From NCBI GenBank assembly GCA_951406725.2, contig OX597817.1, forward strand, positions 11,904,001 to 11,968,000: DNA of 64,000 nucleotides. The letters are read 5' to 3'. A program made the translations under genes and the position numbers. Source of the DNA: Octopus vulgaris. Its lineage: Eukaryota. Below are positions 56,915-64,000 of this stretch, one piece after another (position 1 is the stretch's first letter; the number at the start of each line of letters is the position of its first letter). The notes beneath the pieces are model-generated. The model saw only the letters and a program-made list of their open reading frames with translations. It was not told where the DNA came from and did not search any database.

Positions 56915-57604
56915 TTCCTCTCTTTTTCGTTCTTCACTTTGACCGTGTTATCTATAATCAGTATATCATTTTATGTTGACACAATTTTTTTAAAATTTAG
57001 ATTTTAATTATTCTAAAGTTGAGAAAATATAGTGAACATACTTAATAACTATGATTGTGGGTGTAAGGTCGTACATAAGGAACAGAAGAGGAATGTAAAA
57101 TTTTGGAATTATCAAACTGTTCCGATTTCATAATCCTGATAGCATAATCTTTGCTAACGCAGAACACAACTAGGTTCCTCAGACTCTGCTTTTTATAAAC
57201 ACTAATAATGGCCTTCTTAAACTGTTCCTTGACATTCAATGACCACCTCCTGCCTCGTCTTCTACATGAAGTCGTCTTCGTAAGACATGTTATGTAATAG
57301 CGACGCTTTACATATATTTCTAAAGAAAATATACACGGTCCATGGAATCCAAGTCTTTTATGTTCCAGTGCAATGCTATAGAACCATATGTTTATGACAT
57401 ACGTTGCAAATGCGTTAATGGCACAGACGATATTATGATATTTAGATTCCTTTTGCAAACTTCTTTGAAAAATAATCTAAATAAATCTATTTATAAAATA
57501 AGCGAAACTCAAGTGCTATCATCAATATAATTGACTGCTCCATCCACCAATATTCGATGCCTTCTACTCTTCTTCCAAGTCATTATGATTGTTGTTGCAT
57601 TACT

Positions 57605-57659
<55 letters not shown>

Positions 57660-57841
57660 CCATCATCATCATTATCATCATCATCGTTATTGTTGCCATC
57701 ATCATCCTCATCATCACCATCATCATCATCATCATTATCATCATCATCATTATCATCGTCATCGTCATCGTCGTCGTCATCATCATCATCATCATCATCA
57801 TTATCATTATCATCATCATCATCATCATTATTATTATTATT
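57605..57841. repeat. (ATC)n microsatellite
   Basis: Direct reading; explains the poly-D/H/S/M/I ORFs. Confidence 0.95.
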
Positions 57842-57842
57842 A

Positions 57843-58056
57843 AGACGGCGAGCTGGCAAAGTACTTAGTACGCCGGGCAAAGTACTTAGCGGCATTTCAT
57901 CTTCCTTTACGATCTGAATTCAAATTCCGCCGAGATCGACTTTGCCTTTCACTCTTTTGGGTTGGATAAATTAAGTACCAGTGGAGTACTGGGGTCGATG
58001 TAATAAACCTAACCCATCCCTCCCCCAAAATCTCAGGCCTTGTACTTTTAGTAAAA
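57843..58056 (+). mobile_element. SINE family C monomer between (ATT)n tracts
   Basis: Head GACGGCGAGCTGGCA, central domain and alternative tail. Confidence 0.82.
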
Positions 58057-58067
58057 ATTATTATTAC

Positions 58068-58128
<61 letters not shown>

Positions 58129-58559
58129 GAGAGAGAGAGCAGTACATGCCATCAAAGTGACACGAAGCCTAGTCTGATAAGGATACGCCAAGCACATGCA
58201 TCACAACCATATGTGCGCAACATGGCGATCTCATACCAAGATAAACAGCGCATGACCTTGCAAATGGAGCCCAGTTAGAATTTATTTCGGGTTGAGTATC
58301 CTATCCTGCTCAAAAGGTCCCTGAATAAGGGTTGTTTAAGTATGTTGAATAAACACCCATGTTTCCAGAAATGAATTATCCAAACCCCAAAGGATTCCAC
58401 TCGACACACTGCTATGATACTCCCCCACAACTTCTACTCGTGATCAGAGATGCACATATCATCAGCCACTAAAGGTTCGGTCTCATTCCTGATAGGATTT
58501 ATGTGGGTAGCGGGTTACTATCTGTAACTTTATGTGGGTAGCGGTTTACTATCTGTAAC

Positions 58560-58765
58560 CACAAGTTTTCAGCTGTCTTTCAGAAGCTTAGAATCCTCCT
58601 GATACTCCTTGCTGTGCTGTCCCTAAGAGACAAACTTTCTATGGGAGCTTTACTGGCCATTCTATTTCAATCTCCTTCAGCCCTTTGTCTATATCTTTGC
58701 TTACTGTTCCCAACGCACCAATTATTATAGGCACGACTTTTACTATTCTCATGCCCCAAATTCTT
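58560..58765 (-). mobile_element. R4/Dong-like LINE C-terminal fragment next to (TAA)n
   Basis: GMRIVKVVPIIIGALGTVSK, then CLLGT and ARSIRRIL remnants; adjoins the (ATT)n tract 58770-58858. Confidence 0.7.
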
Positions 58766-58784
58766 CCTATTATTATTATTATTA

Positions 58785-58860
<76 letters not shown>

Positions 58861-59553
58861 CTGCTGACCTATTCAGACGTGTTTTGAAATCACCCTTCAA
58901 ACTGCATGAGCTAATAATTTTTTAATTATTTTCTCATACAGAGAGATTTGAAGAATATGGAAAACTGCCTATGCAGATTTTAGTTTACTTGCATATAAAT
59001 TACATTCTCTCTTCTTATTTGTCTGCATACATATACAAAGCTATTACGAAAATAGCAGCGACGCCCCCGAAAGAAAAAAATTAAGAATGAAAACTATCAC
59101 ACAAAAAACACCTAAAAATAAGAATATTATGCAGGAAGACAAACTCGTTTAAACAAATAATAATGACTTTTCTATCGACAGTAACACTAGAATGAGCAAT
59201 TCTAGTGATTTTCCGAAAATAAAAACAAGAATCTAGCACGTTCACACACACATACATACACATACACACACATATGCACACACACATGAACGCACGCACG
59301 CTAACATACACACATGCAAGGTTTTTTGTTTGTTTTTCAAATGAAAAGATGATAGAAATTTGAATGGGGCACTAGTTTTGTCTTGAAATAGACGAGCTCT
59401 AGACATGCAACATTTAAACGAAAAAAAATAGTATGACCGCATTATATGATAATCAAATGTTTTCTTACCCTATGCTGTCACACAGACACTTGAAAGAAGG
59501 AAGGTAACGCATCTATGCATTGCCAAAGTCACAAAGGTTTCTTTGTTGTTCTA

Positions 59554-60453
59554 CAGGGCGGGTGAAAAGTAAGTAGGCATTAAAAATTGCTTATAAAATC
59601 CATATTCCTTTTGTAAACTTATTGAAACAAATGTTAATGTTCTTTATTACATGGGAAAATGAAAGTAAATCTTCATATTTCAACGTAAGCACCGGTGGCG
59701 TCAACCAGTTTCCTCAAACGGCCAGGGATGGAATGAACAACCTTTTAAAGGACGTCGTCTTGGATATCACTGAGAACCTCCTGAACCTGTGTCCCCAAGT
59801 CCTCCAGTGTGCGAGGTTTTGTGTTGTACACCTCTTTTTGTGTAACCCTACAGGTTAAAATCTCATGGAGTGCGATCTAGACTTCTTGGAGTACTGGACT
59901 TCAGGACTTCTGCAGTCACAGTCTTCAGGTTTTAGCTCCCGCACGGTTTTAGCTCCACGGACAAAAATTCTTTATGCAACACCCTACGTATTGCATATCT
60001 TGTTAGCCCACTTTCATGAGCCGCTTGACGTGTTCATTTATGTGGGCTGTGATTAAGCATTTCCTGCACTGTTGCCACGTTCTCTGCTGATCAGGAAGTG
60101 GTTAGACGGCCACTTCTTGCATCGTTCACAGAACCAGTGGTCATCAGCTTCGCATGACAACTTTTTTATTGGCTCCGGACGTAGTGTTGCATGCTTACTT
60201 TTTCATTGCACGTCACCATCTCTGAGCCAGAACAATGGAATTTCACATTTCAAAGAGTGCTGCTATCTTAGCTCACTCCTGTGCAGTCAAGTGACCGGCC
60301 ATCTGGAAAATAAGAAATAAGACAATTAGACAATAAGAAAGTAAGAAATCCCCATTAGTGTTGACTGTTTACAAGATGTTCTTGTCATGCCTTCAGTGAT
60401 GCTAAAATTTCTATAAGCAATTTCTAATGCCTAGTTACTTTCCACCCACCCTG
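59554..60453 (-). mobile_element. Non-autonomous Tc1/mariner element
   Basis: TA-flanked ~50-bp TIRs CAGGGCGGGTGAAAAGTAA...GCTTATA / TATAAGC...TTACTTTCCACCCACCCTG; remnant PRSLDRTP*DFNL*GY resembles WPPRSPDLTPCDFFLWGY. Confidence 0.85.
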
Positions 60454-60685
60454 TATTAACAGAATAATCTGAGAGCAGTCATCGTTGATACTATGAGACA
60501 TATATCGGGTAAGAATGATTTAATAGCATTAGATGTGTTGTTTTTAATATTAAAGATAGGACAGAGAAGATTGCGCCACACACTTGTCCATAAAATAATC
60601 CCTCAGTATTTGAAATGAAGGAACACAATGACCCCAGTGCATGACATTGGTAACAACAGTGATCTCAAATACATTTGAAAACAAT

Positions 60686-61081
60686 ACTGGTTTCAAATGT
60701 TGGCACAGGGTCAGCAATTTTGGGTGGAGAGGGTATGTCGATTACATCGAACCAAGTGTTCATCTGGGGCTTCGACCCTGAAAGGGATGAATGGCAAAGT
60801 CGATCCCGGTGGAATTTGAACTCAGAACGTAACGGCAGTCAAAATGCCAATTTCTTTACTACCCACAAGGGACTAAACATAGAGAGGACAAACAAGGACA
60901 CACACACGGATTAAGTCAATTATATCGACCCCAGTGCGTAACTGGTACTTATTTAATCGACCCCTAAAGGATGAAAGGCAAAGTCGACCTCGGCGGAATT
61001 TGAACTCAGAACGTAGCGGCAGACGAAATGCCACTAAGTAATTTGCCCGGCGTGCTAACAATTCTGCCAGCTCACCGCCTT
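60686..61081 (-). mobile_element. SINE family C dimer
   Basis: Head at the 61081 end, body with tail 1, junction ~60850, older body with tail 2. Confidence 0.85.
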
Positions 61082-61492
61082 ACATTTACAAGATATTGAA
61101 TGCGATTTTAGACAATGCACTTACTTGAATTGAAATAGCTAATAATAAAAACGTTTAAAGCCTATTTAAATGCGAACATTTTTTTTTTTAACAGCCAAAG
61201 ATATTTGTAAATTTAGGTATAGATTTGCTGAGTTTTATTGACAGCAAAGTGTAGTTTTTTATTACCTGCATACAATTTTAAATTAGAAATACGCAAGTTT
61301 TTACGCAATATTTTTTCGTAAATGAAAATAATTATTGGCTATTCGTCCTCACCATCAGTGACCTACTTGCCGACACTTCCAGCAACGCCCAAACTTTCTG
61401 CATCCAAAAATCATCGACTTGCAAACTAGATACCCCACTTCAAACCAGAGTTGAAGGTTTAGCGTGAGTGTGAAGGTTACAGCAGCTGCAGT

Positions 61493-61690
61493 GGAGGCGC
61501 AATGGCCCAGTAGTTAGGGCAGCGGACTCACAGTCGTAAGAACGCGGTTTCGATTCCTAGACCGGGCATTGTAAGTGTTTATTGAGCAAAAACACCTAAG
61601 TTCCACGAGGCTCCGGCGGTGATGGGGGTGAACTCCGCTGTACTCTTTCACCGGAACTTTCTTTCTCTCTTTCTTCCTACTTCTGCCACA
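61493..61690 (+). mobile_element. SINE family B, 3'-truncated
   Basis: GGAGGCGCAATGGCCCAGTAGTTAG head matches 2407. Confidence 0.85.
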
Positions 61691-61968
61691 AAGCAGAGGA
61701 ACCATGGTGTAACCCACTATGGTGTGGTAACATTCAGACCGTAGTCTAGATTACGAATCCTCTGTACCCCAGGATGTTTCGGCTACCCACCCGTTAAAAA
61801 GCCACCGTTTACGGAATGAGGGTAACAATGTAGCTTTCGCGCCTGTGCAACCGCCAGTCTATCGTGGGTGGTGGGTGGATCTTCAAGTTGCCGCACGCAT
61901 TCTTAGTAGCTTAGGGTAGGCTCGAATTAGAGATTATTCTTTGTGGCTAATGGCGTGAGTCCTGATTG

Positions 61969-62037
61969 GAAGAAGAAGAAGAAGAAGAAGAAGAAGAAGA
62001 AGAAGAAGAAGAAGAAGAAGAAGAAGAAGAAGAAGAC
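61969..62037. repeat. (GAA)n microsatellite
   Basis: Direct reading. Confidence 0.95.
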
Positions 62038-62655
62038 AGCAGCTGCAGGCCTAAGAGAAGGAGGAAAAGGAAGAGGAGCAAGAAGAAAAGGAGGGTGAAA
62101 GTGAGGAAGTAACGAAGTAACAAAGTCTTGAGAGCCAACGACAAACCACGTTTGCTAGATCATGTTGAATCAATTCAGTTCGAGTTCAAACTCCACCTGC
62201 GGTGAGATCAGCCACTTGGAATACACCAGGCAAGTACTGCGTTCGATTTCACCAATTGTGCCCTTTTCCAAAACTGTTCTGGCCATTGCTGTCTTTAAAG
62301 TTGTCGTTGCCCTATTTTGTTGTTACCGTTGTATTGTTGTTGTAGTAGAAGTAGTTGTTGTTGTTGTTGTTGATAATGAGATAATGATGATGATGATGAT
62401 GATGATGATGTAGTTTTTGTTGCTGTTATTAATATTGTTATTGCAAATTATGTTCACGCGTTTAGGAAAAAAAAAAGAAGTTGAAAAGAGAGCGTCAACC
62501 ACCGCCGGTGGTCTCTGCTAGCAACAAGATCCTTGAAAACAAAAACAAATTTTAAAAAAAAAACGGGAAAACTTCAGTTTGTTGCTAATGCAATTCTACA
62601 TATCATAACATGCATTCTTACATGCTTTTTCTTCACGCGAACGCGTCAAGACATA

Positions 62656-62733
<78 letters not shown>

Positions 62734-62997
62734 TTCAGACACAATCAATCCCTCTCACACACACACACACACACACACATGTATATATACGCAGAGACAC
62801 ACGGAAAACTTATTCTGTTTCCCCTTTTCACTCTTTCTCGGCCCTTATTCTTCCTCCCTCCCTTTCACACACATTCTCTCTCATCTTCTTTCTTGTTTCT
62901 CTTTCATATCTGTGTAGATGTATGCCTGTATATGAAATACATGCACAGACATGTCTGCTCGTCCGTCTATCTGTCTCTCTGTCTGTCTGTCTATATG

Positions 62998-63051
<54 letters not shown>

Positions 63052-63105
63052 CATACATACATATATACATATATATATGTGTGTGTTTATATACATGTGA
63101 ATATA

Positions 63106-63149
<44 letters not shown>

Positions 63150-63170
63150 TATGTTTATATATATATATGC

Positions 63171-63210
<40 letters not shown>

Positions 63211-63676
63211 GCATATATATATATATATATATACATGTATCCATATACATGTATATACTTACATGTATATCTATATATCTTTATATATATATATATACGT
63301 ATATATATGCATACATGCATACATAATCATACGTATATAATGATTATATATATTTTTTATATATAGTTGGCTCTGTGTGTGCCACTATATGTTGCCTCTG
63401 TGTGTGTGTGTGTGTGTGTGTGCATGTGTGTGTGTTTGTGTTTGAGAGAAAGAGAGTGCGTGTGCGTATGTCTGTATAGCCTTTCTGTATATTTGGGTGT
63501 ATTCCTCACTTCTCCTGTCTGTCTTTTTCTTTAACTCCTTTTCCTATCTCTTCTGTTTTTCACTTTCTATTTCTTCATCATCCTCTTATTTAACTTGTAA
63601 CTGTTGTTCTTGCAGTTGTCGTCATCAGAAAGGCTGGTGAAGGGGAACTTAAATCTTTTTTCGTTAATTTGTAAAC

Positions 63677-63742
63677 ATGCCAAAAGTCTCTGGCGTGCGG
63701 AGGCGATTTCTGCATGAAAGCGAATATACAAACAAGCTTGCG
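63677..63742 (+). CDS. Candidate first coding segment of an unidentified host gene (MPKVSGVRRRFLHESEYTNKLA) within putative exon 63616-63742
   Basis: Long polypyrimidine tract and TTGCAG acceptor at 63615, AAACATG start context, GCG|GTGAGC donor; no recognised homology. Confidence 0.3.
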
Positions 63743-64000
63743 GTGAGCCAAGACATTTACACAAACATATCGTACACCAGAAATTACACAGCTCAAATAA
63801 CATACAGGGGGTCCCGATTGTTTTTAAGTGGGTGGGGCCTTTAGTCGAAGTCCCGCAATAAAGCTTGATACTGGATGGTTATGTAGCGGTTACAAGACTA
63901 ACACAGAATGAGATGATTCTGTGAGATGGTACCGCTGTCATAACAAAGGGAACACACGCATCATGTTTGATCTACTAGGCTAGAAGATGAACAGGAAAGG

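Noticed and set aside
57509-57917. Poly-D, poly-H, poly-S and poly-M ORFs
   Set aside because: Translations of (ATC)n
62533-63366. 277-aa ORF and the many [12 protein letters not shown] ORFs across the window
   Set aside because: Stop-free dinucleotide microsatellites

Overview
AT-rich eukaryotic (animal) DNA that is almost entirely repeats. The microsatellite density and tRNA-derived SINE families resemble an octopus/cephalopod genome; this is an inference from recall, not a search. No host protein-coding gene can be called confidently. Most listed ORFs are translations of (TA)n, (CA)n, (GATA)n or (ATC)n tracts, and the only host-gene candidate is a possible start-codon exon at 63616-63742. 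Supported content: three SINE families in many copies; non-autonomous Helitrons; decayed mariner, Tc1 and maT-like transposons; LINE fragments (CR1-like, one with a ~468-codon open RT frame; RTE-like; R4/Dong-like); a 193-bp and a 28-bp tandem array; and several long palindromes. Most interesting: (1) at least eight minimal type-I hammerhead-ribozyme-like motifs in short microsatellite-embedded segments, probably Penelope-like termini, one with both core strands intact (8136-8190); (2) a SINE that repeatedly forms one-head, multi-body ~184-bp concatemers with a recurrent junction; (3) a LINE and SINE sharing a 3' tail; (4) a LINE fragment captured between a 66-bp duplication. All calls come from reading the sequence by eye, and boundaries of decayed elements are approximate.
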